Notes under the pieces: generated by a model
Seen by the model: only the letters and a program-made list of their open reading frames with translations
What the model was told of the DNA's origin: nothing
Database searches by the model: none
Made by a program: the position numbers and the translations under genes
NCBI RefSeq assembly: GCF_947568905.1
Contig: NC_079170.1
Location: forward strand, 44,082,001 to 44,146,000
Reading direction: 5' to 3'
From: Ostrea edulis
Lineage: Eukaryota
Length of the DNA: 64,000 nt
Part shown: in pieces, positions 1 to 14,400 of the stretch
How the letters are laid out: every line of letters begins with the position of its first letter
How positions within the stretch are numbered: position 1 is the stretch's first letter

Positions 1-343
1 GTTCGTGGTTTGTTTTCTTGCAGACTTTAACTATCATTATCGTCATTGAGCACATGAAGATAGCAAGTCCAGCCACCCCACCGACTACACCACCAACTAT
101 TCTTCCTATGAATTCAACACTGTAAGAAAATGTTTTGATAAGATTTCATGAATCGTCCTCAAAACTCGACCCAGAATGATATGTTTCGCGTTACTATATT
201 TAAGTTAAAGATACCTAAATGTGAGTTGAATGTAGAATATGTTATAAAATATTCAAATTTCCAATTCTTTTCCCTTTTATATCTTTATCAATGGTGAACT
301 GATAGCCGTTTTCATATGAACGTGAACAATGGGTGTATGGATC

Positions 344-388
<45 letters not shown>

Positions 389-1325
389 TGACATTTTAGC
401 AATATTTTAGTTTCTGACAATACATCAGAGTACGACCAGCAATGCTCCGCGCCAGGATAATTTTCATGAAAATAAAGTCTATTTCTTAAATGTATGAATA
501 AAATGTTTTGTGTCTAATACGAAAACAAATCCCAGCATTCCCTGCAATATATATACATGTATATCAATAAAGATGTAAAACAACAACTACTTACTGATTG
601 TAATAATACTGGGTATCGGCGTAGTAATAGCAATAGTAGTAACTAGAATACGAAACACAGTTACTACCACATCGGACTGGAACAAAACCTAAATCATAAA
701 CAGACATTAAATGGAGAAAACATCCCACAATTTTTAAAATGATTTTTCAGGCTAATTTTTATTTTAAAATTCGGAGTATTTACCAAATTAACAACATTAT
801 AACAAAATGTAGTTTTCACTATTGCAATTAATGATGATGAAGATGATGGTTATTATGATTATGAAATGGTGAGGATGAGGATTATATTGATGATGGTGAT
901 GGTGATCATGCTTACAGTTGATCACAACAAACAATGTTATAACGGAGATCCATCGTGCAGATAAATCCTTGTTCTCCATCGCCAGTGTTTTCAAAACAAC
1001 AACTCTAAAAATGACGCTTATTTTCGTATGAACGACGACCTTCGTCTTTCTACACAGATGTGGTATTGTTACACGAGGATACGTTTTATACCCTTATATG
1101 CTCGGAACCACCTTGTGTTGATAGATATTAGAATAAAAATTATCATTGATGTAAATGTAGGTAATGAATATTCATATCAGAGATATTGTTTTGGCGAAAA
1201 TAAACTCTGAAGGGGTTTTAAACATTCCAGAATTAGAATTGTCGGTCTTCTGAATTTCATTTCATAATCATCATGTCTGTTTCCAGAATACGATCATACA
1301 TTAACCATGAAGGAATGGCTTTAAT

Positions 1326-1438
1326 TCTGGGGTAAAGTATACGAGTATAATCAGGTTTCGGGTCCGTTTACACATTATAAAAAGCGTAAACAGACACCCC
1401 CAAAACCTCCAGATTATACTCGTATGATATGCACCAGA
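1326..1438. repeat. Imperfect hairpin inside a dispersed-repeat-like region
   Basis: TCTGG..TATACGAGTATAATC..GGTTT.GGGT..GTTTAC mirrored by GTAAAC.GACACCCC.AAACC..GATTATACTCGTAT..CCAGA. Confidence 0.6.
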
Positions 1439-4228
1439 AGGATAGCTATTCTTTATGATTTATTGAAAAAGACAAAAATACTTATCTTCGTTTATCAAAC
1501 TGTACATAAACTCTGAAAAATACAAGTCAATTGTGCCGTGCAATGATTCACCTATCAACCACAACGAAACGTCTAGCTTTGAAGGCAGTCATTTTAGTTC
1601 TATGATGCCTATTTATCAAAATTGTAGATGTAGTTATTGAAGATGAATGCGCAAGTAATGCGTATTTTGCTTTTCTTTAAAGATCGACTTTGGAGTCGCT
1701 CAGTTCTGACAGACTGAGATATTACGGGAAATTGTATTGTTTAGGCCTACTCCAAAATAGTCTTGAAATATCAGAAAACATCAGAATAATTTGCAGTTCT
1801 TAATTTATGAAAATATCTACCTGAAAACGTACCTCTGCATGCAACATTGTTGCTAATAATACATCCAACATAAGAAAATATTTATAAGCAAGTGGCAAAT
1901 CGCAATCTATAGGACGAGATATAATAAAATATGACACATGGAAGGTGGGAGATAACGAACAGTGATCAATCTCATGATTTGTTGGCTTTGTTAAGAAGCA
2001 GATCAAGCAATGAAGCAATCCTACCTTTCACTAGTGAGAAATATTTTTTTTTTCAAAATGACCAAGGCAATGTTTACTTTTGTTTTAATTAATCATTCGA
2101 CTAGAATACACAGAAATATTTTTTTTACTAACAATCATTTGCGTACAAGTAGATTATATACGTCTTTCTTGACAATGGGAAACAATATGTGTTATTAAAC
2201 CGAAGTATCTTATTGCACACAATGGCTTTCTATTACACAAAAGACTCAAAACGGTAATGTGATGTAAATTTAGAGACAAAAAAGTACTTCCAGAAGGTGG
2301 TTGTCATATCAAACCAGGTTAAACAAAAATAACTTGCGTTTCTCAATTATAATTTGACCAATGAGAGACTAGAATACAATAAAAATCAAATTAATGATGA
2401 TTATGAAAAACGCCTGTGAAAAGGTTATATCATTGAAAACAATAATTATGAAGAAATGTTCAGTTTACTTGGTTTACAATATACAATATCTAATCATGTT
2501 TCCTGATTGTGTACACGCTACGACAACATGATAACAGAATTAACGTAAATGTACAGTTATTTATTTTCAAATCATCAAAGTTGAAGCCACAACAGTTTAC
2601 TCTAGAGGCGGATAGGAACTGGGAATTTCTTTTTCTTCTTATCACAAAAGTAATGATTTTTTATTCAAATTAATTTTCGAAATATTATTTTTATTAATTC
2701 GAATTCAAACAAAATAATCTAAAGTCTCAAACGCGTTGCAAGTTAGGTGTTACATTTGTAGCTAAAATCTAAACCTGTTTCAAAGAAGATACAAGTTTTA
2801 CGTACCCCGCAATATTTAAAAAAAAAACCACACCCCTACAACACACACACAAAAAAAATAAACCACTGAAGTCAAATAACCTTATTGTGTTCGATTTCAA
2901 AGTTTATGTGGATTAATTGATCGCCGTTCGGGACATATACAACGTGTTAATAGGTATTTCTGTATATCCATAGGAAGACAATTCATGGCTAACAAAGTGG
3001 ACATTTTTACCTGACTGAGTAAACGTTAAAAATCACTGCATAATCGAAACTTAAAATTTACGCCTAGAGTGAAATATATATGATAAACATGGTGTGTACG
3101 AGATCTAGTGTGAAATGTATTTTTAAAAAAATTCTGTTGAGAAACTTAATGATCGGGCTACAGGCACAGACCTGAAATGTACCTGATAAACATGGCGTGT
3201 ACGACGTGTAATGACACAGAAACCGACCCGGAAGTTATTTCTCGAATCGATCAGTGTCCTGCTCTAAAGATTTGTTTACTTGTATACTCTATACAAACTG
3301 AATCAAATCACACGATCCAACTCCAAACGTGATGGTTATTTTGAATGGAATAGTTCTTTGATTGTACACTAGATCATTGGGTTATATTTGTTTATGAAAT
3401 AAAAGCAACACTGTACATCGGTATTTAGAAACCTTCTAGATCTGAAAGAAGAATATCAAATAGGTCAAACATATCGTTTCATACGTTTGTAAACAGGGTA
3501 CTATATGTATGCTCATGCGCGGATGGAAAATACCAAGCGGGAAACCCCGATCTAAAACTGTTCCCAATCAATGCAAATGATTCACAATTGACATAATTAT
3601 GCACATTTAAATAGTGCAAAATTATATACGTTTTTGAACTCGAAACAGTTTACACAGTAGTTGCACTGTTTCAAATATCTCCCTGACGTCGGAAATTTCA
3701 AATAAAGATTGTTTTCTCACTACAATTACAATTTATTTAGTCTCATGAAGCTTATCACATATCGAGTTAATCAGCCTGTTTACATCCACAAGGAATGGAC
3801 AAATGAAAGGCGAAAGTAACAGTGATGAATCTCATAACTCCCACACGCAATACAAAATAAGAAAGTTGGACAAACACGGACCCCTTCATATGCCAGAGGT
3901 TGGATAAAGGGACTAGGAGAAGTAAGAATCCCTGTCGAACAGCTACACCCGCCATGAACCCTATATCTTGATCAGGGAAACGGAGTTTTTCACGTGCCCA
4001 TATCCAAACATACAAATATAGAGACAGGGTTCAAAGAATGAATGGCATGACCAATTATAGGGGTACATGCAGTTTCAAAATGTATAATGACACATAAGGG
4101 TGAGTGTGGAAATATGATATAGATACCCTATACATATGTAATTCTTTTACATGAATGAGTCATATTGGAATTATCACAAGTTCATGTATATATCAACATA
4201 TATACAAATACATAATTTGACATACATA

Positions 4229-5898
4229 ACCAACCAGACCCAACCTGACACCCAAGCAGTTCCAGAAAGCAATCACAGGGACTGCTCAGGGACTGCTCTG
4301 GGACTGCTCTCTCAAAAAGTGGAACTGCTCTGGGTATGTTCTGGAACAGTCCCAGCAGTCTCCGGAACTGCTTTCTGGGACGGCTTTGTAGAGCCAAATG
4401 TGAATGAATCGCGTGATGTTATGATTGACAAGGAGGTCTAGTTTTTTGTGTTTTAAAGAAGATTTTACAGGAATGTGAACAAATTACTCCTTATTATTTT
4501 CCCACTAAATCATGATTTTGTGTACCATTTTACAGTAACTTGTACTTCAGTGATATCTGCATGTAAAAATAAACAAAACATGTTTACCTGTCAGCGTTTT
4601 GATTTATTAATTTTCATTGCTCAATTACATTTGAAAAATGAAATTCATTGGATCATTTATTAGATAGACGATTTTATAGATGATTCTTGAAGGGAGATGG
4701 GGTATAGGGTCGGCAGCTTTGATCTGAAGGGGGAAGCTACTCAGGTATACTGTGTCCGTGGAGACGGAGACACGGAATACCGTCGTGTGTAAAAACAGGG
4801 CTATCATGAGTAGCAAAAGAGCAATTTATGTTAAATGTTCTCTTCGCTAACGCTTTGAACACGTCTATTCGGGGACATGCACTTTACAAACACTGTACCT
4901 TCGATTCCAGGTTAAAGCAACATGTACATATACGCTTTGGTTGGAATCTTCATAATCATTTAAATGCAAGGTGAAGATAACGTACAGTGATTAATCTCAT
5001 AACTCCTACAAGCAAGACAAAATAGATAGTTGGGCAAACACGGACCCCTGGACACACCAGAGGTGGGATCAGGTGCCTAGGAGGAGTAAGCACCCCCCGT
5101 TGACCGGTCACACCCGCCGTGAGCCCCTATCCTGATCAGGTAAACGGAGTTATCCGCATTCAAATCAGTTAAATCTGTCTAAATGGTGTAGTGAAATTAA
5201 ACAATTTTACAATGCTGGCAATAAATAACCCATAACTAAACAATAATTTACAAATTAAAAATACGTGTACAGGTAAGTGGAACGCAGGTTTTACTAGTTT
5301 AATATAGACGATAAGTGAATAAATCATTTAGGCGACTTTAAGCAAATTTATTTCAAAAACCCAGTTAGGAAATAAATATAATTATACTGCATAATTTTCA
5401 GAACCCAAGATACACTTCACATGTATGAAATATTAAAAGAAATGAATGATGAATAGCACCAACAAAATTGCCTAACAGAAAACGGACGTCAATTGATTTT
5501 ACGTTGTGAAATTGTGGTTATCAGACTTATAAATTCTGCATGTAATTTCAGTCGTATTCATAAGCTATCATTTTGTTATAAATTCGTGAAAAAGTGTTAC
5601 GCAAGTATTTTGAATATGTGCTGTTTTCATGTACAATGTATTGTTTTTCTCTTTGATTACATTGTAAGTCATTTATCTTCGATTTCGACTACCGTATTGA
5701 CGCGCTCCAGCGATTATCGACAATGTTTATTGATAATATCACTGTCAGCTTAGCTCCTCCCACTAGTTATTTTAACCCCGCCTACTGGGACTGCTGGGAC
5801 TCCTTTTCGGTTGGTTTACTGGGACTGCTGCGGGACTGCCCTGGGACTGTTCCGGGACTGCTCTGGGACTGCATTCTGTCAAGTTGGGTCTGGTTGGT
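4229..5898. mobile_element. Foldback/MITE-like TIR element with 11-bp subterminal repeats
   Basis: TIR ACCAACCAGACCCAAC(C/T)TGACA at both ends; arrays of GGGACTGCTCT-like units at 4255-4385 and 5780-5875; carries a nested Penelope-like 3' end at ~4966-5160. Confidence 0.75.
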
Positions 5899-8580
5899 AC
5901 TGTATCTACATTGAAAAGATAGCGCGAGCTTTGACCACACGGCCAGACCGATTTACGTAAGGTTCTGACTTAGGTGTAGGGCCTTTAATTGTTTCAGGTT
6001 TTGGACAGGAAGAGACAGACCTCCCAGGTTTCAAGAATTGGTTAATGAAGATGAGCTCTGGATTAAAGGTACATGCTGATTAGCTAACAGAGAGACGGAA
6101 TGATGTTGGGCATTCAAGACGTTGGGTGGATTGAACTCTAGTAAAGTGGTTTCACAGGACTAAACTAAGTCGCAGCGATTCCTACAATATGCACGACAAA
6201 AATGGTCTGTACTTTGAAATATCGAAGATCAGCTTGGTTTAAGGGGTTTTAAGCGGTGTGGACAGTTGCGAATAGTATGTTGCTTGTTTTTGCCGCCATG
6301 GACAATCTGGTTGCGGTATGTTTTACAATGCACAAGTTGTGGCTGAAGTTGACCATGAGTTGACGGTGAGATTAAACGAAGTCGTCGACTCATTAGAGCT
6401 TGTGCCGGGGACGTTTCACTTTACAACAGCGTTTTTATGCATTTAAAGATGCATAAATAAGGGTTTTTGCGGTCAGATTTACGTTTGGCTAAAATGTGCT
6501 TAAAATTTTGTACTGTTTTCTCAGCAAGCCCATTAGGTTAAGAATTTGTAGAGCTTGACTGCGTATGTTCGAAACCGTTATCTTTGCTGAACTTGGCAAA
6601 CTCGTCGCTCGTATACTGCAGACCGTTGTTAGATACAAGTGTATTTGGTATTCCATGGTGGAAAATGCTAGTTCAATATAGTGAATAATAGTACCAGCTT
6701 GCGTATTGCGAATAGAGCTGAGCAAGCCGGAGGCTACGACTTTGTCACGGGTGCTCGGGAACTTCAAGTAACATGAGTGGTTCTTTGGGGATAGGCGTTG
6801 TACTTTTCCAGACATTTGTGACACTTAAGAACCATATCTTTGATGTCTTTAGACATTTTCGGCCAGAACAAAATATCACAGGCTCTTTTAATACATTTGG
6901 TGATGTTCAATTGGCCTGAGGGTATACGTTCAAGCATGAATTGCCTTTGGCCTTGGGGCACGAATATAAGATTGCCATTGACTATGAGGCCACTGGTCAC
7001 GGTAAGCTCGTCGCGGAAGGTCCATAGTTCTTTTTCCAATGGAGAACAATCTCTTTGTCTGGACAGCCATGCTGAATAGTGCATTTGAGCTCAAGGTGTT
7101 GTGGGTATGTGGCTATAGTATGTGTCTCATCCAAACGCGTGTCGTGTATTGGAATACTTAATATAATATTATGCACTATAGTGTCCATGCTATCTGATAC
7201 CTCTGGGTAAGTATCACGTAAAACGTACGACGGAGTGCGTCAGGGTATATATTTACCCGCCTTATGTATGATGTCAATATCGTACTTGTGTAGCTGCAAA
7301 AGCATACGTTGAAGCCTCGCAGAGGCTGTTCCTAACGTTTTTTCATGATAAAAATAAGGAGTCTATGGTCAGTCTCGACCCTAAAATGTCTGTCATATAT
7401 AGGTGGAAACGTTTACATCCAAACAGAATAGCTAACATTTCTTTTTCTATCTTTGGATAATTTACCTCGATTGCCGTCAGAATTTCGGATGCGTACGCGA
7501 CATGCCTAGAGTTCTAAAGTAGAACCATTCCAAGTCCGTACTTGGATGCGTGAGTCTGCAGTGTGAGAGATGTTGATGGATCATAGTAAGCGAGTACATC
7601 ATCTGGTGATTTAGTTAATTTCTTTTGACTTTCTAAAATGCGCTATGCTATGGATCATCCCACATAAAGTCAGAAGTACTGCTCATGAGTTGTCGCACGG
7701 GATCAGTAAGTTCTAATAGATTTTGCGAGAACTTAGCAAGATCGTTAGTCATCCCAAGGATCGTTTCGAGCTCTTTGCGATCGAGAGGGGGATCCCTGTC
7801 GTGAATAACAGCTATTTTGCTAGGATCTGACTTTAGACTATTTGCGGACAAAAAGTGTCCACAATAAGGAACTTTTGTGAGCCCAACTGCGAGTTTATCT
7901 GGGTTGCCTCTAACCCCTTTTCCCGTAATCGTGTCAAGACTTCGCAGATGTTCTCGTCATACTCCTCACGCATTTTGCCATAAACGTGAAAGTCATCGAC
8001 AAACGCTGTGACACCATGTAGACCCTCGTAGATTTCGTCGATTTTGCACTGAAGCTCGTTTTGCGTTGACCCGATGTCAAAGGACATGAGCGGAAATGTA
8101 AATCTACCGAAAGGCTTGTTAAAGGTAGATTGATAGCCTAATACATAAGCGCGGGAGTTTTGAGAATCACCGCGCACCGGTCAAGTTCGGAATGATGTCC
8201 TCTAGCATTTTTATGAGGTAATGAGGCCAAAGTGTAGCTTGGTTGAGATCGCAGCTTACCAGAACACGATTTGTCTGAAATGGCAAGAGAGTTGGTCCAT
8301 TTTGTGGGTTCAGTTACCCTAATGATAACTTCGCATTTCTCCATGCTCTCTAGCTTTACTGTAAGTTCTCGCGTCGTGCAAACGAAATTCGCCTCAGGTC
8401 ATGTATTCCTGATGCCGCATTTTCGTCTAAAATAATGTCGCATTTGTCAGGAAAGAAGCTGGCTTCCTCGAATACACCATTGTGTTCTGAAAGACTTGAT
8501 GCATTGCTTTTTATTGCGCGTATGTTACTGGAATTTATTCCTTAGACTCAATTGCTATGATCAGCTGTATTAGGTATAAG

Positions 8581-9342
8581 CACTGGGGCTAAGCCTGTTT
8601 TGGGCCTGATCTCTGTGATACCATATAAAACTTATACGGTATCAATTTTAATGCACCAGATGCGCATTTCGACAAATAATGTCTCTGCAGTGATGCTCAG
8701 GCGAAAATGTTGGAAATTCGAAATAACAATAATCTTGTAAGAACTAATATGGAAACTAGAGTGCCAAAAACTGGAGCCAAATTCGTTCAGGGATAAGAGT
8801 GGGGACTAACACTCCACAAGCAGAGACCTCGAACCAGGGGTCGTAATGTAAAACTATATGGTACAAATTTTGATGGACCAGCTATTTATAGAAAGGGAAA
8901 TAACTCTGACTTACATAAAAAAAAATAAACACATGGTTGAAATGCCTAAACATCTTAAACTAGCGTATAATTGATGTGAAATTTTAATTGACATGTCCGA
9001 AATATTCCACACTAGTCTGAATTTCGCTACTGTCATAGGCGAGAAACGATTCCGTGACCTGGAGCAGTAAATGTCCTAATAAAAATAAACAAGTGAAAGC
9101 GAGAGAACGATGACGTATATTTGTGTTATTTTAAGAACCTGTGACTTGAATTTTGGCATGCAAGTTGTTGAAATATTAATCTGGGCATATAAAACGACCA
9201 ATTACGCATAGCGTACCTAGTTTAAGATTTTTAAGGCATTTCAAGCGAGTGATTATATTTTTTTTATCTGAGTCAGATTTAGATCCGTTTCTATATCTAT
9301 GGTGCCACAGAGTTCGGGCCCAAAAGAGGCTTAGCCCCTGTG
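8581..9342. mobile_element. Non-autonomous TIR element nested in Gypsy pol
   Basis: Left CACTGGGGCTAAGCCTGTTTTGGGCCTGATCTCTGTGATACCATA vs reverse complement of right end CACAGGGGCTAAGCCTCTTTTGGGCCCGAACTCTGTGGCACCATA; Gypsy-like coding resumes on both sides; no clean TSD. Confidence 0.75.
8626..8882 (-). mobile_element. Retrozyme-like repeat copy with mutated hammerhead (E, 8653-8696)
   Basis: Reverse complement GAGCATCA-CTGCAGA-GAC-ATTATTT-GTC-GAAA-TGCGCA-TC-TGGTGC; core reads CUGCAGA instead of CUGAAGA. Continues through a deleted unit into a second partial copy (8848-8882). Confidence 0.75.
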
Positions 9343-10559
9343 GGATTATGTCTACACAATGCATCAATCCTACGATAGGTAGTGCGTCCATTTTGACACC
9401 GAAGAAGTCAGTATCTTTGACTCTGTCCATATAAGTGCATTGGATCTTTGCTAGCCTACTGTTTCTAAACGGGACTTCCTGTAATCTTACAGATACTTTT
9501 CAACTTGTTCAAAACTATCAATAGAACCAATACCATTAAAATACTTTACAAGTAAAATGTATACAGGAGACCCTGTGTCAAGCTTAAACCTGATACTGAT
9601 TTTACCTAGACTTATGTTCAAATACTTGAATGACTGGTCTGGGTTTATGCTAGCGTCTTATTGACATTTGCTTCAATACTGTCGATGTAAAAATCGTGGT
9701 CGTTTTCGCCCTCACCCCCATGTTTTGGTTGTGCGGCTATCTCATTAATCTGAACACAAGATGGACATGCTGCCTCAAAGTGATTCAATTTATTGCAATT
9801 GTCAATTTTTTGCACTTCACAGGACTTGGCTGCGTTGCATAATGAGGTTTGCCACATTTCTCGCACTCTCCATTTGCACGTTTAACAGTGTTTTACCGAA
9901 ATATATTCCTGCGATGTCCCTTAGACTTCGGTTTGGCGGATTCTTGGTCTTCCCTGGGAGGCTTGTGATGACTAGTTCCAGGTACTGGTCGTGTTCGAGT
10001 GTGAACGGCGTGAACGTCTGTCAAACTGTTCCCATGGATTTTAGCTGCTCCTAATAATATTCAAGGCTTTCACCTATTTCAATGGCTTTGTCAAAAGTGA
10101 GGTCCTTACCCTCGTTGATCAGCTTCTTCCTGATCGTGACTGATGCAGGACCGAACACTATTTGGTCTCGAACCATTTTGTCAGTGTTAGCATATGCACA
10201 GTCCTCACTTAAAAGTTTAAGTTGTGATACACTGTAATTCTCTCGAGAAAATGCGGATTTTTGTGATGTCTTAATACATATCTTGGATAATTTTACCCGT
10301 CTGTGTATTTCTTCATTGATAAGCAATCGTGATATCCTTCTAGCAGACACTCTTTTCTTACCAAGATCGTCTGAGCATGTACCCAAGATTTACTGATCTG
10401 CAATCTTTCTGCTACGCCCCGGATGGTCTTACGACGATCTACATCGATGACGTCCTTTACGTTAGGATTTCGCGGTCGTTATTTTCTTGGGGGTGACCTT
10501 CCTTTCCTCACTCTCTCAATTCCAGCGATCTGATGTGCTTTCCATATCCCGTTTTGTTT

Positions 10560-10590
<31 letters not shown>

Positions 10591-11490
10591 TCAAACCACG
10601 ATCTACACAATATTTCTCGGTGCGCCAATAATGTCATCGACGTCGCCACAGTGCTCAAAATTTCATTACAGTAAATTTTAATGCGATATATATAATATAA
10701 AACTATTTGCTTTTATTTAACTGAGTGGTGCAAAGAAATTTTCTACTTATTTTTGTACCTGTGGTAACAATGCATATATATCTCTTTGTATTATGTAATT
10801 TCTAATTGATCCCTTTTATTGCAATATTTCGAATTTTTACATTTTTGATTATAATAAGTAAATCTGTTCTCATGTAAAACAAAAAAAATCTTATATTTGA
10901 TGCGTATTTTAAAAAATATCAACTTTATCTACCACGTTTTGGGACAACCCTAGTAAATTTGCTGCTGTAGCATATTCAACTCAAATGAACTTTTGTTTTT
11001 ACCAATCAATTTATCTAATTGAGATCTGGAAACCGATACTATGTTTGTTTAATAATGAATAAAAATGGAGAGAGAAAAAATGAAAATCATTGATATTTCT
11101 ACATATTTTTTGTTGCCATTTCACTCATAACTTTTATACATGTTATCGATAAGGAATTGTTCTCCCAAAACAATGGAAAAATAAAGAATTCCCATTTACC
11201 CATGTGTACTTTCTAACTGCTTAGTTCTTATTTTTGGATCTTTTATAGGAGTTATGAGATTGATCGCTCTTCGCCATTTTTATTCATTTATTTGAACTTG
11301 ATATCAGAGAGATTTGTAATCAATCGTCAGGTGTAATAAATAAAACCCACAAAATGATATCAGAGATGGGGTGACGTTATCTTCCGCTATCTCCAACGAG
11401 TACCCAACCTGTCACCTGTTAACAGCTGAAACACAGTACAGTCGTATATATCCCCAAATCACATGTAAACAGGGATCTATAATGTTAAAC

Positions 11491-14400
11491 ATGAGGACTA
11501 GTATTTTTCTATTATTGTATATATCAAGTAAGTGTATTCCTGTGTTTCGTTGATAGATTCAAAATATTCAGCGTAGTAAGGGCAATAATTCAATGGATAT
11601 TGATGTTGAGTACTGATAGTTTCTTTCTGAGTCTGGCATGATTAAGTTACTCATAATTTAGTGTTTGATATTGAACAGGTGGATATAAGAAAATACCAGG
11701 TGTCAATTACATCATATTAATATAGAATAAAAGAACGATAGTCCGTAACTAAAGACACGGATAGAAATATAACATTGATTAAAGGGAAAGACAACCCTAA
11801 CCACTTAGTTGCTTTGATGAATAAAGTATTACAACTGATATCGTAATTGACAGTCTTTAACAACAAAACTCCTTGCTTAACAATTATATTAATATTAATC
11901 TATCATGTATTTCAAATTACCTACCGCTAAGAGAGTGGCCATTGAAGTTTAATTTATGACGTCACGCCGTCTATTCCAGCTTATTTCATCAGCAGCACTG
12001 TAAACATGCCAATTCACAAACAGTTAAGTTTGGAGCCGTATATATTTCAACCCGTTCTTTCGCAAGAAGAAATTGAAAGAAAAAAAATTCAGTCGAACCG
12101 CAGACAAGGTAGACGGTAAACATTCTTCATACAAATGTCTTGAACCTCAACTTGTCATTATGCAAATGATGAATCCGTGCAGTTTATGTAGTCTTTTCTT
12201 TTTAAATGACTTGGTCATAACCTTTTTTCACATATCCCCCTCGCATTTGCATTTGTGTAATTAACTGCTTGCCAGGAAGGCATCAACCTATTTATTCGTA
12301 AGATCTACCACATAAATGTACACATCTTTGATGATTTCATAGGTGCTTGGGTTCAGGACCCCCCCCCCCTCCGAATAAGTTATATGAGTTGATTTAATTA
12401 AGTTTTTTGTTGAAAATATTTCTAATGCATGTCAACGCCTTGCATACCCATAAGTCCAAAATACATGTAATTCAAAATAAGCCCTTTTAAAAAAATATTA
12501 TCACTGGTTATTATGAGTTCTGTTATGATAACCAATGAGGGCATTTTTAAAGGGCTTATTTTGAATTATTTTGGACTTATTGGGTATGCAAGACGTTGTT
12601 GACACGCATTAGAAATATTTTCTAGAAAAAATAATTACATCAACTCATGTAGCTTATTTGGAGGGGGGGGGGGGGGTCCTGAACCCAAGCACCTGTGGTT
12701 GATCTTAGAATCTCATCAAAACCGGAACAGACGGTTCGACGTCAAAATTATTAATTTTTGTGGTCTTGAATACAACAGAGTTACACATCATGGCAGCCTC
12801 TATAGATTGCCGGAATTTCAATTTTTGACGTTTTCAAATTAGTATTGAAGCTTATCTAGGCCATATATCAACAGAATTGTATGACAAATCTTTATCATAT
12901 GATTAATCTTATCATTTATCATGTAAAAATCTTTTGGGTTGCCTTTCCCTTTAATATATATACGTACAATGTATGGACCTAGGGGACGTTTACTCCTCCT
13001 CGGCACATAATTCCACCTCTGGTATGTCCACAGATCCGTGTTTGTCCTTCTTTTAATTTCGTATTCTTTATAGGATTTATAAGATTGATCGCTACTCGTT
13101 ATCTCCACTTGTTCATCTAACAAAGAAAAATATAAATATGCACCTTACAAAGAATAATATGAACGTTGTAATATAACCGAATACCTAACGAAGTGAAATA
13201 AAGATATTGTCCTAAACAGTAAAATCTTAACTGTGACGTGGTGGATACTTATAAAATAAGATAAGTGAAGATAGTCTTCATTTTCTTTATATTGATGGCA
13301 ATCAAGTATGAATAAAGGTAAACAAAAACGTAATTATGGATGTTAATGTACATTTTACGACATTTAATGATAATGATGAAAGGTATATATCAATTTTAAA
13401 GCGAAATTTCAAATCGATTGAATGACGTTTTTCTCCAATCACCATGAAACAATTATTCCATGCTAGGGTCATAAGTTCATGTCATTAGCGCACAATATAT
13501 TAAATCGCAATTTGATTTTCAAAAACAGTGCATTCTTCAAATTTTAGATTTTCAAGCACATCTTTTTCCGTTAATGAGCGTTACATTGAATTTATAATTG
13601 AACACAGTCTTGCGTGTTTCATGCCAATTGATAGACATTCTGATTTTGAACACGAAACACTCGGTTATCTGATGAAGATATCGGGTTCGTGGCGGGTGTA
13701 ACCGGTCAACAGAGCATGTTTACTCCTCCATAGCAACTGGTTGTATTTCTGGTATGCCCATGTGCCGATGGATGTACAGTTCTCAAGAACCTATCCGCAC
13801 TTCTGCAGTCTACATGAGTTAATGTTTACCTTACCATGGATGTGCCATTCTTTGTTTTGTTTCTGATGAAAAGATGAAGATAATGGACAGTACTCCTTCT
13901 CATAATTCATGTAAGGAATACAAAATAGAAGTTGGGCAAACACGGACCCTGGATATAGCTTATGTCGAATAGGTTTAATGTGTGATGTATATCTGTCTCA
14001 CATCTTCATAACGACCTAGTATCAACTAACATACATTGTAAATAAAGAACTAGCAATTGACTTATATAAATATAATACTACTCTAGACCAAACATAGTCT
14101 AACACAAGATATAACTAAACATTAACTTGCATATATATGCCTTACATATAGAACTAATAATTAACATGTATAAATATGATTTAACATGAAAATAGTACTA
14201 TAACATAAACAATTACCTTATAGAGATTTTGCATATTCTAACATAGAAGTAACAATTATGTTAAACTAACATAGTCTAATATAAATATAGATCTAACATA
14301 CAAAAATAAAACCTAACGTTGTCTAATATAAGTACAATATAGCATATTGAGTAGATATATTCTATTCTTCGTGTAAACATTATTGTTCTACACGGATGGT

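Larger units (their letters stand above)
5907..10545 (-). mobile_element. Decayed Ty3/Gypsy LTR retrotransposon (gag-pol, many frameshifts and stops)
   Basis: Minus-strand fragments in Gypsy order: gag (DKMVRDQIVFG...RKKL...LTFDKAIEI), degenerate zinc knuckle (NCNKLNHFEAAC), protease (IRFKLDTGS, ~9570), RT (VTEPTKWTNS; TAFVDDFHVYG), RNase H-side (DPSKIAVI...LETILGM), integrase (LFWPKMSKDIKDMVLKC), C-terminal RSGRVVK then stop near 5907. LTRs not identified. Confidence 0.85.

Noticed and set aside
4151-4441. ORFs at 4151, 4182 and 5723
   Set aside because: Produced by stop-poor 11-bp subterminal repeats of a TIR element.
8626-8882. Initial reading of this repeat family as a Helitron or satellite fragment
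   Set aside because: No Helitron termini or 3' hairpin were seen, and the conserved core folds exactly as a type I hammerhead, which explains the ~350-bp tandem period better.
10560-10800. 5' LTR and primer-binding site of the Gypsy element (TGGCGCACCGAG on the minus strand near 10620)
   Set aside because: No matching second LTR or polypurine tract was found, so the boundary cannot be supported.
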